A DNA stretch of 62,940 nt, the filler included, from Octopus bimaculoides (Eukaryota): assembly GCF_001194135.2 (NCBI RefSeq). It is 5 parts of 4 records of this genome, joined end to end, with 100 filler letters (N's around TTAATTAATTAA, not from the genome) between each part and the next. Parts side by side here need not be neighbours in the genome. Positions count along the whole stretch, not along the records: positions 25,227 to 30,083 come from NC_068981.1; positions 30,184 to 57,415 come from NC_068997.1; 3 more parts are not named here. The stretch is one strand, 5' to 3'. Each line of letters opens with the position of its first letter. Position 1 is the stretch's first letter. Under the pieces are notes generated by a model, which ran no database searches, was not told where the DNA came from, and worked only from the letters and a program-made list of their open reading frames with translations. Shown one piece after another: positions 25,881-37,380 of the stretch. The translations under genes were made by a program, and so were the position numbers.

Positions 25881-26290
25881 TTGGGCACGCTTACATTAAA
25901 AGACAATTTTAGAATGACTTTTTTTCTATCAAAACGCTAAAAATAAGTGACCAACAAAAAAATAAACAACCAAGATTCAACCAAATCAAAAAATAAACCC
26001 AAATACTAAGCGAACAAAGATGAACCATCCCACTTCCATTGCGCGCGCACACGCACACACACACATTCACTTTCCCCACCTTTTACATGCACACCCATAT
26101 ATTCATACAGAGTTGAAACGCTGTTTGATTTATTTTTCAGCTACAATTTTCATCATCTCACTACCAAGTATGACATCATCCCTTCCTTCTTCATTCATCT
26201 ATCACCCCTTCCTTTCTCATTCATAAACACAAGAGTATTATTATAGTAGATTATCTCGGTAACCATGGGAACTATGAAAAAATACAAAGT

Positions 26291-26321
<31 letters not shown>

Positions 26322-27365
26322 NNNNNNNNNNNNNNNNNNNNNNNNNNNNNNNNNNNNNNNNNNNNNNNNNNNNNNNNNNNNNNNNNNNNNNNNNNNNNNN
26401 NNNNNNNNTGTGTGTGTGTGTGTTACACTAGCTGATTCAAAAGTCTCCTAGCATTAATATAAAGGGGCTATCAACTGAGGTCAGTTGAGGTCTGATGAGC
26501 TAATTTTACACTTTACCTTCTATTGTTTCTATTCCTACCTGAAGCCGTCTAACTCTTCCTCACAGCCTCCACCCACCTTCCCACATTATTTGTTACCCCT
26601 GACTCTGCTGACTAGCATAGCTCAAGGATTCCCAGAAAGCTGCTCTGCTGCTCTGCTGCTCATAATACCAGTCGTCCACTTTATTGCAAAATCGCTTTCC
26701 CCGTTATGAACATTTGATTCGTTTTTTTTCAAGGAAATTTCTTATTGTTTTAATGATGTCTTGAGAGTCCAGATGTTTTAATCAGTACACCATAAGCTTC
26801 ACTTGTTGGTATTATTCCAACCAGTAGCGTCTGAAACTTTTTTTCCCAAACAAGTAGCATTATTTTATTGCGTCGAACAAAACATAAGGTAAAATAATGG
26901 TTTCGTAGAAAATCATTGCAGTGTTTTGAATACTGTCCATTTATACAGACTATTTCTCGTTGGTAATTTCATTAACCACGCGTGACTTCATAATGATGCG
27001 GATGGCTGACAATATAGTTTAAAGTTGTCTGGATAATATTGATAGTAAATTTCCACATCCTTTTGATTATTCTTTCCTTTTTTTTCATCCGTTTCAACTG
27101 CAAGTCCTTCAAAACCTCAAAGTAGCGTATGTGGCAAGCCAAAGGTACATAAAATTTGAGACAAAAATCATATTGTCTCTTAAAAAAGATACCTTAATAA
27201 ATGTTCCGGTTTTCAGAGTTGTAGACCTGCTGAATTACTATGCCCTCTGCACCGTAGTACTTGCTTACTTAAGAAATTTATGGCAGCTAATATGGTTCAT
27301 AACTTGAATGTCTGCTTCCTCCTCAAATTGACAGCTTTTCTATGGCGGACACATATACTAACTGT

Positions 27366-27383
27366 ATAGACAGACAGACAGAC

Positions 27384-27424
<41 letters not shown>

Positions 27425-27469
27425 CAAGCAGATAGACAGGCCGGCAGGCAGATAGACAGACAAACAGAC

Positions 27470-27521
<52 letters not shown>
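27366..27521. repeat. (GATA)n/(GACA)n microsatellite
   Basis: Directly visible. Confidence 0.97.
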
Positions 27522-28104
27522 GCAGGTGTTTATTCGAACCCCATATTCGGTAATTACGTATTTTTCCAACACCAAAGCTATACGGTATCAAAAGTGTGCT
27601 TATGTTGTATTTTTATGTAGTTCTGGACAAAATGTTTTGCAATGTTTAGTCACGTTCTTTTACATTCTGTATCTACATTTTACAAAAGTCAACTTTTCTT
27701 TCCATCTTTCCACGCTCTACAGAACACGAATCAAACATTTACATGACTTGGTTCAATCGACTATTTTCATTCCAGTGTTTTCTAACTTTATTATTTGATC
27801 GACTTTGAATGTTACTAATGTAAACGCTTATCGTCTAACGCATATGCAAACACACTCAATTTTATTGGTTGTATTATTTGTTAAAATAGCGCAGTAGTCG
27901 AAGAAACAAAACAAGTTTAATTAGCCTCGTCAGAACTTAAAGTTTTCTGTTCTGAAAGCGTGAGAAGAGGTTCAAAATCCTGCTCGAACATCTTTTTTAT
28001 GTATTGTAGCGAAAAATACCCGTAAGTAAAGTAATATCCCGAGTTCTAGAACTTTACAGTTTCCAAGTCATATAAGGGGCCGAGATTACAACATTCACAT
28101 TAAA

Positions 28105-28263
28105 CGGCACACCAATCGTCGCAGGATTACTCATTTGTAGCTGAATGGATTGGAGCAACGTGAAGGGAAAAGTTTTGCTCAAGAACACAACACAGTATCC
28201 CGTCTGGGAATCGTAACCATGATTCTACGTGCAGCCCCCTAACCATTATGCCACGTGCCTTCA
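28105..28263 (-). mobile_element. SINE family F head (tRNA-derived)
   Basis: Reverse complement gaaggcacgtggcataatggttag...gattcccagac...gtgttcttgagcaaaac. Confidence 0.7.
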
Positions 28264-28552
28264 AAAAAAAATTAAAATGCCCGTAGTGTATTATAATTTA
28301 GTTAGATTAAGTTCAACATTTATGTTTATCTGATTTATTATATAAAGAACTACAGTTCCTAATTATTTAGTTTGAGAAAATCTTCCCTAGTTATAGCATC
28401 CACCGTATTGTAAATAAAAACCGTTTTCAGAGACGAATTAGTTTGATATTAGCCACTTGTCATACCGCTATCATTTACAATAGAAAAATAAGTCAGTATC
28501 AAGATGCGCCATGCGGTATTCGTTGAGGCAGATTGTCGCCAATTTTCACACG

Positions 28553-28712
28553 TTAACAAAGTAATATCTCTCCATGGCTGAACATGTATTCACGGAAGAC
28601 AAGAAACGAGAGATGCCACTTGTATGACAGTGGTGCTCGTTTATAACTATCATGTGAACCGTTAGTTTCGTCAAGGGTCGCCCTGGTTTCGTCAGTGAAC
28701 AGAACACAACCT
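28553..28712 (-). mobile_element. Tc1 transposase fragment (first catalytic Asp region)
   Basis: VLFTDETRATLD; the same segment recurs at 29630-29662. Confidence 0.7.
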
Positions 28713-28933
28713 ATAAACACGCAAACACACACACACACATGCATACATACATCCAGAACGACGCTAATAGCGTAGGAGTGAAATTTAGGATTTCTCTGTT
28801 TTCTGTGAATCGATTTTGATAAAACTTTTCTCAGCTGGTTTGCACATTATGGCTGCACCATTATTATGTTTTCATTATTCTTTGTAACGTTCTTTCTTTT
28901 TTTTTTAATTTCAGATTCTTCAGTTTTTGGGTG

Positions 28934-30058
28934 AACCACGCTAATAGCTTTTGAATGAAAATAGCCCATCTAGACATTATTTTTCAGAAAATGAAGGATA
29001 ATGATACATATTAAGCATACATTGAGTATATATGGAACAGAAAACTGTGGTAATATTATAACATTTATTGGCAGAATGAATTATTTAGCCACATGTGCAC
29101 AATTTCGACGGATAACTTCAAAAACCCTACTAGTCATGGAATCTGTCAATTCCTTAATAGTAGTAGGTTGGACTGCCTCTGATGCAGCTTTGATGGTTGC
29201 CCATAAGAATCTTTCAACGTAAATTGGTGTCCATCGGCATAACACCTTGTTTAATGATGGGCCAAAGATTTTCGATAGGGTTGAGATCCGGAGATGCTGG
29301 CGGCCACACTATCAACCTTTCATTTTGTATGCCGTAAGACTCTAGGAATGTCTGGGTGGTCCTGGAAGAGTGGGAGAGAGCGTTGTCATACATGAATACG
29401 AGATTCTTTAGAAGTGACAGCAGTGTATCATCTAACCAGGGGTCCAAGACCTCCTTCAGAAGATTGCGGTAGGTGACTGCGGTCACTTAAACTTCTGACT
29501 GGACCAATAAGTCTGTACCTAGTGATACCAGCCCACAACATGACTCCTCCACCCTGTTGTTAACGTCGTAAACGTTGGCGATGTTCATCTTCAAAATAGG
29601 CCCAACCATTTGTCCAACCGTCAGGTTCGTCGCCCTGGTTTCGTTAGTGGACAGAACACAACTCATGTCTAATGTCATGTACTTTTTGGCCCATTAAACC
29701 CACAAACTTCCTGTAAGGAAGAAGTTTCAGGGGTTCTCGCACGGAAGTCATGGCCCCGAGGATGCGATTTCTGACGGTTTTTGGTCCGGAGGCGGTGAAA
29801 ATGGTTTTGCTTGTTTGTCCAGGTTTCCCACGTAACTTACGGCCAATATTCCTTATATCCCTAGCTGTCACAGCCTTGGAGGTCTCGTTTCTTCCTTGGC
29901 GCTCATCTGGCTAAATAATTCATTCTGTCAATAAATGTTATATTATGGCTTTCTGATAAATATATACTCAATGTATGCTTAATATGTATCATTACCCTTC
30001 ATTTTCTGAAAAAAATGTCTAGACGGGCTATTTTCATTCAAAAGCTACTAGCGTGGTT
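28934..30058 (-). mobile_element. Defective Tc1-family transposon with about 100-bp terminal inverted repeats
   Basis: TIRs at 28934-about 29033 and about 29960-30058; internal MYDNALSH and WPPASPDLNPIENLW motifs. Confidence 0.9.
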
Positions 30059-30127
30059 GTTTTTTCTCTTTGTCTGGTGGTTGNNNNNNNNNNNNNNNNN
30101 NNNNNNNNNNNNNNNNNNNNNNNNNNN

Positions 30128-30139
30128 TTAATTAATTAA
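30128..30139. other. Artificial gap linker TTAATTAATTAA
   Basis: Centred in an N block. Confidence 0.9.
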
Positions 30140-30183
30140 NNNNNNNNNNNNNNNNNNNNNNNNNNNNNNNNNNNNNNNNNNNN

Positions 30184-30560
30184 TATCATCATTTAACGTC
30201 CGCTATCCATGCTGGTATGGGTTGGACGGTTTGACTGAGGACTGGTGAGCCAGAGGCTGCACCAGGCTCAATCTGGTCTGGCAAAGTTTCCACAGCTGGA
30301 TGCCCTTCCTAACGCCAACCACTCCGAGAGTGTAGTGGGTGCTTTTTACGTGGCACCTGCACGAGAGCCAGTCCAGAGGCACTGGCAACAACCATGTGCG
30401 AATGTTGCTTTTCACGTGCCACCGGCACATGTGCTGCTAAGGCAATGCTGGCAACGATCACGCTTGAATGGTGCTTTTCACGTGTCACCGGTATGGGAGA
30501 CAATCCACGGCCCTGGCAACGATCATGCTTCGATGTGCTTCTAACGTTCCACTTAAGCAT
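30184..30560 (-). mobile_element. Repeat family C copy with (ATG)n tail and internal 60-67-nt subrepeats
   Basis: Starts with (CAT)n-ttaacgtccgc...; core gctggatgcccttcctaacgccaacc. Confidence 0.88.
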
Positions 30561-30584
30561 ATATGTATATTTATGTGTGTATGT

Positions 30585-30784
30585 CGTTGCCAGTGCCCCC
30601 TGACTGGCCCCCATGCCAGTGGCACCTAAAAAGCACCCACTACACTCTCGGAGTGGTTGGCGTCAGGAAGGGCATCCTGCTGTAAAAACATTGCCTGGTG
30701 CAGCTGTCTGGCTTGCCAGCCCTCAGTCAAACCGTCCAACCCATGCCAGCATGGAAAGTGGACATTAAACGACAATGGTGATGA
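30585..30784 (+). mobile_element. Repeat family C copy, inverted relative to 30184-30560
   Basis: ggttggcgtcaggaagggcatcc...cccatgccagcatggaaagtggacattaaacgac and an ATG-type tail. Confidence 0.88.
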
Positions 30785-31018
30785 TATATATAAGATATAT
30801 AAATATTTATATATGCTAGGGTACTACATAAGCACCTGCTTTGCTAAAAATAGAAGTCAAAATACTTCTAAGCCACAGAAGAATCACAAAATTAATACAG
30901 GCATGATTAATACAAGTGATTCTTCTGTGGTTTAGAAGTATTTTGACTTCTATTTTTAGCAAAGCAGGTGCTTATGTAGTACCCTAGTATATATAAATAT
31001 TTATATATCTTATATATA
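30785..31018. repeat. Near-perfect fold-back palindrome, 103-bp arms, 28-nt spacer
   Basis: Arms 30785-30887 and 30916-31018 differ at 2 positions. Confidence 0.96.
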
Positions 31019-31071
31019 ATTATTAATTTGCCTATATGGCTTTTGTTATTATTTTTAGAAATAACATCGTT

Positions 31072-31106
<35 letters not shown>

Positions 31107-31364
31107 GTGTGTGTGCATGCAATTATGTATATGTAGTCACAATCATCATTATTAGTTCTGCTTGAAAATATTGTCTTATGAAGGTTAACCATTTTAAGAA
31201 CATATTTCTAATTAAACATCTAATTAATTTTGAAAATAATCAAGAATTTGAACAGCGTTCATGAAATAATATAATTTGCTGTCTTCATTAGTAGGTCTTA
31301 TTAAGCCCTTGAACAACAGACGAGTTCTTTGATAAAAGGAAGGCTTATCTTAAATATAAACAGT

Positions 31365-31575
31365 TTAACTCTTTAGCATTCAATAATGCTTATTTATTCC
31401 CATTGTTTTGAATCCTATATTGTCAACTCTGAGATTTTGATGTTGTGATTGTTTGTTTTTTAAAATGAATTACATTGTAGGGCAGGTGTGAGGGGCTGGA
31501 TCTGTTCTGTTTGAACATAAAACAAGTAGAATATTCTTGCTGGATTTTGGCTGGTTTAAATGCTAAAAGGTTTAG
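31365..31575. mobile_element. piggyBac-type MITE
   Basis: Ends ttaactctttagcatt...aatgctaaaaggttt; same family as 38814, 40610 and 46924. Confidence 0.75.
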
Positions 31576-31595
31576 ACAGTAGAGTTTATATATAT

Positions 31596-31871
31596 CATCA
31601 TCATCATCATCGTTTAACGTCCGCTTTCCATGCTAGCATGGGTTGGACGATTTGACTGAGGACTGGTGAAACTGGATGGCTACACCAGGCTCCAATCTAA
31701 TTTGGCAGAGTTTCTACAGCTGGACGCCCTTCCTAACGCCAACCACTCAGAGTGTAGTGGGTGCTTTTACATACCACAGGCACGAGGGCCAGTCTGGCAG
31801 TACTGGCAACGGCCACGCTCAAAATGGTGTATTTTATGTGCCACCCGCACAAGAGCCAGTCCAGGGGCACT
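31596..31871 (-). mobile_element. Repeat family C, young copy
   Basis: About 90% identical to the copies at 38064 and 45346 by hand alignment. Confidence 0.92.
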
Positions 31872-32076
31872 TGTTTTTAAAATAGGCATAATAGAAGAGA
31901 CGAATGGCATCCAGTTGTCTAATACTATCAAAAAAAAAAAAAATTCCATCCAACTCGTATCACCATGGAGAAGTGGATGTTAAACAAAAATGATGGTCTC
32001 AGGTTGATTAGATATCAAAACAATTACATTTTAAAATTATTATATTTTGAAGATTTTGATATTTTTGTTTTGCCAG

Positions 32077-32265
32077 GTCCTTGGGAAATCTGTGAAACCA
32101 ATTCCAGTTATGATTCTTGGTGTGCTGCTGGCCAGAAAACGGTATCCTGCTGCTAAATACCTATGTGTTTTACTCATTGTTACAGGAGTTGCATTGTTTT
32201 TGTACAAAGACAGTAAAGCCGAAGACTCAAAACCCCATGCGTTTGGAATGGGTGAGATTTTACTT
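32077..32265 (+). CDS. SLC35B1: SLC35B1 (nucleotide-sugar/ER ATP-ADP transporter family), internal exon, 189 nt, phase 0-0
   Basis: tgccAG|...|GTaagt; [44 protein letters not shown] closely resembles SLC35B1 (VLGKSCKPIPVMLLGV...[18 protein letters not shown]). Confidence 0.96.
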
Positions 32266-32984
32266 GTAAGTATGCGGTGACAACTGTTAAATACAATATG
32301 TGGTTGCTGAATGGTTATAATGCTGGACTGGGAGTATTTGAATTATCAGTTCAAATCCAGGCCAGTGCATTTATAATTTTTTTTTATTAAAAATAAATAG
32401 CTACATGAAAAACACAAATATACAAGGTTAATAAGTGCTGTTTGAGATTGCTCTAGAAACATTTACAGACCCAATATCTTGATAAAGGTTATGTCTATTT
32501 CATTTTAGTATTTGGTTTGCAAGATTCTTGATGTGAATTGGTGTGTTGAAACAAATTTTGTTGTGTCTTGGGAGAATCATTACGCCACTATTAATAACAC
32601 ATGCATAAGTTCAATTCTACTCCTATATTGTTAGTCAGTTAGTTAAATATCTATCCAACTATTTAATTGATTGACTGTTTATCCAACAAGTTAAAGAAAT
32701 GATCGAAGGAGTTGAATTGAACCTGTGTGTGTGTTATTAATATTGGCATAATGACTCTCCCTAGAGACAACAAAAAAAGTTGTCTTTATTGGTAATCTGT
32801 TTGTGTCTTTACAGAGGTGATTGTGAATCAATCCAATTACTCTAATAATGACATGGACATATTTGTTAACTGCCATTATGTTTTTAGTTCATTAAATGGT
32901 TTGATTGATGTAATTCATTAGATACTTAGCAAAAGAGTTATTGTAATATATTAGTGTAATCATCATTATTGTTATTTGCTAAGG

Positions 32985-33165
32985 TAGCAAGCTGGCAGAA
33001 TTCTTAATGCATAGCGACATTTTGTCCATCTTTATGTTTTCAAATTCTGCTGGGGTCAAGTTTACCTTTCATCCTTTAGAGAGGGTTGATAAAATAAGTA
33101 CCTGTTGAGCACTAGGGGTAATGTAATTGACTTAACCATTCCCTCGAAATTGCTGGCCTTGTGAA
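32985..33165 (+). mobile_element. SINE family A, CpG-depleted intronic copy
   Basis: Family core present, with most CpG changed to TpG/CpA. Confidence 0.8.
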
Positions 33166-33436
33166 ATCATTATTGTCATGTTCTCCTCACCAGAAAAATG
33201 GCAACTTATGGTCAAAAGCCTGTCTAGTATTTGACATTAGGTCATTTTCCCGTTTCATGCTAGCTGGTTTGGAGTTAGTTGTTATCTGGAGGTGCTGTCA
33301 CCCTAGAAGATAAGAGGTAGACCACATCTTCTTCCTGTTTCAGTATTGTGTTATGAATGAGTAGTATTAGTGCATCAGACGTAATGATTAGTGGCACTTC
33401 AGCTGATACATTACATTCTAAGTTTGAATCCCACCT

Positions 33437-33553
33437 AAGTCAACTTTGTCAACCTTTTGGGGTTGATAAAATAAAGTACCTTTTGAGCACTGGGTTCATT
33501 TAATTGACTAAACCCCTGCCTCCAAATTGCTGGCTTTGGGCCAAAATTTGAAA
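33437..33553 (+). mobile_element. SINE family A, 3' half
   Basis: gggttgataaaataaagtacc...gggccaaaatttgaaag. Confidence 0.75.
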
Positions 33554-33867
33554 GTACTATATTTGCAGAGGGGTAGTCCATGACCATAGCTACAGTTGGT
33601 GGTAGAGGCAAAGCAGTGGCCATAGTAGCAAAGGTTAGGTCACTTATCATGAGTGCAGTGGAGACAGAGAATATGATAGTAACCATACTTTTATAAGGAA
33701 GAAGTCAGTGACCATAGTTGTTGGTAAGGAGTGGGGGTGCAAGATAGCGAAGACAACATAATTGAAGAGGGAAAGCAGTGAGGCTGGAGGTAGCAAGAGA
33801 TAGTGACTAGATTTTTTTCTGTTTGTTTTTAAAGAAATATTGATAACTAAATGAAATAAGTATAGTT

Positions 33868-34040
33868 ATTATTGTTTAGACTCAGGTCACCCCTGATTGC
33901 ACAGACTTATAACCAAAGGCATTCCAGCCATGACACTTCTGTCTTTTTACTTACTGTCCCGTATGTTTCTTTTTCTGTGACAATAGGGTGTAGTTTGAGG
34001 GAGATTGTGCTGCTATTTCTAGCACTGAAGCATGTCAATT
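33868..34040 (-). mobile_element. Repeat family E (SINE-like)
   Basis: caggtcaccctgatt...ggcattccagccatgac...gagggagattgtgctgctatttctagca, shared with copies near 20830, 40335, 43480 and 60985. Confidence 0.65.
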
Positions 34041-34816
34041 GCAGCCACTGTCACCGCCAACAAAGATAAAATTTTCCCTTGTGTGTGAGAAAAATATTTT
34101 AAAGATTAATTCTGAATTTCTCGAAATTATCTCCCCTTCGTGAATTGCTGACAATGGCTGCTAGTTTTGTTTTCTTTCCCCAACTAAGAGGTAAATTCAA
34201 TTATTTCCTTCTGTTCTTCAGTAAATAAAAACCTGAGGAATTTATTTCTAGCAAGCCATGTGGCTATGTAGTGGCTCATGATTTGTGGTAAATAGTTTTC
34301 GATGGTCACGTTTATGGAGAGAAAAAATAGGTTAAACTAAAAGTCATGCCAACACAGCATTTCCAGGTAATGGAATATCCCTTGTCTTCTTGAAAATAAT
34401 CTGATTCTTTTTAATGATAAAATTACTATTATTTTAAACCTGTTAATCCAGTACTATACTAACTACACTTAACTATGAAGTAGGTGGTGGGAGAATTTAC
34501 GAAAAAAACAACAGACGAGGACAGGTGGTGTAAACAACAAATGGATGTATTAGTTTAACGCTCGGGAATAGAGAAAGTCTTTAACGTTTTGAGCTACGCT
34601 CTTCAACTGAAAGGAACACAGAAAGAAATAAGGAGAGAAACAAGGAGAAAAAAAATATAAATGGTGGGACCTGTGGTTTTTCAGTCAGACTGAAACAAGC
34701 ATTGTTCCCATAAATATGAACTTTTGTAAATGCTCTCAAGTACCATTGCATAGCTCTGGTTTTATGTTAAGTAGAAATCTCCTCCTTGGTAAGGTAATTA
34801 ACCTCATGGCTGTCAT

Positions 34817-35165
34817 CTTTTATTTGTTTCAGTTATTGGACTGTGGCCATGCTGGGGCATTGCCTTGAATGGTTTAGTCAAACAAATTGACTCCAGCACA
34901 TATTTGATTTTAAGCCTGGTACTTATTTTATTGGTATCTTTTGTTGAATCACCAAGTTATGGGGATATAAACAAACCAACACAAGTTGTCAAGTAGTGCT
35001 GGGGAACAAATACACACACATATATATGACAGGCTTCCATCAACCAAATCTACTCATGAGGCTCTGGTTGGCCTGAGACCTTAGTGGAAGACACTTACCC
35101 AAGGTGTCATATGGTGTAACTGAACCTGGAACCATGTAGTTTTTACTATTCAGACATGCTTGTAT
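34817..35165 (-). mobile_element. SINE family B
   Basis: Reverse complement of the 17698 copy. Confidence 0.85.
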
Positions 35166-35180
35166 GTGGGTGTGTGACTA

Positions 35181-35515
35181 TTATCTTTTATTTGTTTCAA
35201 TCATTTGACTGGCCATGCTGGGGCACTCCCTTAAAGGGTTTTAGTTGAACAAATTGATGCTGGGATTTATTTTTTAAGCCTAGTATTTATTCTATTGGTC
35301 TATGTTGCCAAACTGCTAAGTTAAGGAAACATAAACACACCAACACTAGTTGTCAAGTGGTGGTAGGGGACATATAGACACAATGACACACACACACACA
35401 CACGCATATATATGACAGGCTTCTCTCAGTTTCTGTCTACCAAATCCACTCACAAGGATTTGGTTCACCTGAGGCTATAGTAGACATTTGCCCAAGGTGC
35501 CACACAGTGGGACTG

Positions 35516-35550
<35 letters not shown>

Positions 35551-35752
35551 TATATACACATGCACACATACACATGCATATATATGACAGGTTTCTCTCA
35601 GTTTCTATCTACCAAATCCACTCACAAGGATTTGGTTCACCTGAGGCTATAGTAGAAGACACTTGCCCAAGGTGCCACACAGGACTAAATCCAGAACCAT
35701 GTGGTTGGAAATCAAACGTCTTACCACACAGCCACACCTGCGCTTATCAACA
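35181..35752 (-). mobile_element. SINE family B with an internal duplication of about 100 bp
   Basis: gacagg.ttctctcagtttct.tctaccaaatccactcacaagg...gcccaaggtgccacacag occurs twice (about 35416 and about 35587). Confidence 0.85.
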
Positions 35753-35922
35753 CAGCCACATTCCTCAGTTTTAAACCTAGAATTAGTAGTTTGAATATGT
35801 TTCCTTTATTTCTAAACTAATACTTGTGTAAACTTTTGGGGATTTGGTTATGAAAATACCACACTCAGACCTCAAACAACTGAACTAATCTGATGAGAGA
35901 CTTCTTTTTATTCCTTTTGCAG

Positions 35923-36049
35923 CTGATTTCTCTGACCATGGATGGCCTGACAGGAGCAATCCAAGATAGAATGAGGGCAAAGGCACCAACCAATGCACAT
36001 AACATGATGTTTTTTATGAATGCTTTCTCAGTTCTTTGGCTCCTATTTG
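35923..36049 (+). CDS. SLC35B1: SLC35B1 internal exon, 127 nt, phase 0-1
   Basis: ttttgcAG|...|GTgagt; LISLTMDGLTGAIQDRMR...HNMMFFMN resembles LLSLTLDGLTGVSQDHMR...NHMMLNIN. Confidence 0.96.
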
Positions 36050-36195
36050 GTGAGTTATTTCATTTTGGAGAGCCTACATTTTATTTACATACATGCCTGC
36101 ATTCATCCATTAATTATTTATATAGTCCAAGCCATAGCTGCATGGAACATGGATGATGTTAAATGATGAAGATGCTAATTGTAATGTTATATATA

Positions 36196-37090
36196 CAGGA
36201 TGTCCCAGAAAGATTTAGCCATGTTTAAAACTCTCTCTAAAGAATATTGGTTCAGGTATGGTTCAGGTAATTTTATCTACATATTAGATAAAGATTTGTA
36301 TCTGTCTTTTGTTCATCTTTAACAGGTTTGTAAACAATCATGGTGTCAAAAGCAAAACGTAACCAGATTGTCACTTTGAAAACAGCTGGAGTAAGCAACA
36401 AGGACAGAACAAAACAGTTGAATGTGTGTCACAGTTGAATGTGTGCCACAGTTGAATGTGTGCCGTGAAACAGTGTTCAATACTTGGAAAGGATATATGG
36501 AGTCTGCTACTACCTCTAGCAAGCCAGTTCCTTGTAGGAAACAAACTGTTGAAACTGTGAAGAAACAAATGGACTGAAATCTTTGCAAGAGTGCAAGAAA
36601 AACTGCAAAAGCTCTTGATATTTTGAAATCGTCAGTGCACAGGATTTTTAAAGAGGACTTGAAGCTAACTACATACAAGAAATAATCCCGGCAGTGAATT
36701 TCAGCAGCTTCCAAGAAGAAACGGCTAGACAGGGGTAAAACCATGTTAGCTGAGATGGAGCATACCACTTACAAATTGTTGACCTGGTCAGACGAGATCT
36801 TCACCGTGGAGGCAGCTACCGACAGGCCTTATGCATGTAATGCAGGAGACTTGCCTGACAGTAACTGGAATCATTTATGCCATCAGAAGCCAGCTTCACT
36901 CATGGTGTGGGCCACAGTTGCATCTGATGGGTCCAAGCTGCCCTTGATCTTCATCAGTGCTGGTCTGAAGGTCAACAGTGAAATTTATGTGGAAATATTG
37001 GATGAGAAAGTGTTACCCTGGGTCACTCAAACCTATAGTGACTGTTACATCATCACTCAAGATGGTGCTCTGGCCCACACATGCAATCCC
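36196..37090 (+). mobile_element. Decayed mariner/maT-type transposon, 3'-truncated, in an SLC35B1 intron
   Basis: Starts TA-CAGGATGTCCCA; WSDEIFTVE, KPASLMVWATVASDG and QDGALAHT motifs. Confidence 0.85.
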
Positions 37091-37124
37091 ATGAGCTTAT
37101 AACCACACAGTTGCACCAGCACAT

Positions 37125-37380
37125 CATCATCATCATTGTTTAATGTGTCTTCCATGCTGGCACCAGACTTCTGTAACTATTTTGGCAGGATTTTTACAGC
37201 TGGATGCCCTTCCTAACACCAACCACTCAGCAGAGTGGATTTAATGCTTTTTACATGGCAAAAGCACAGGCAAGGTCAGTTTTGGCTAGGTTTTTAGAGC
37301 TGGATGCCCTTCCAAATTCCAACCAGTTTACAGTGTGGACTGGGTGCTTTTAAGTGGTACCTGCACTGACTGGGCCACCA
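37125..37380 (-). mobile_element. Repeat family C, old copy with a duplicated core
   Basis: gctggatgcccttcc occurs twice. Confidence 0.7.

Noticed and set aside
27520-28030. Possible SLC35B1 5' exons (hydrophobic ORF; donor at 28022)
   Set aside because: No frame contains the conserved YYGILQE, FIQC or YPTQ motifs.
30184-30560. CRISPR-like repeat-spacer array
   Set aside because: The units are diverged tandem subrepeats of a eukaryotic repeat, with no constant repeat, unique spacers or cas genes.
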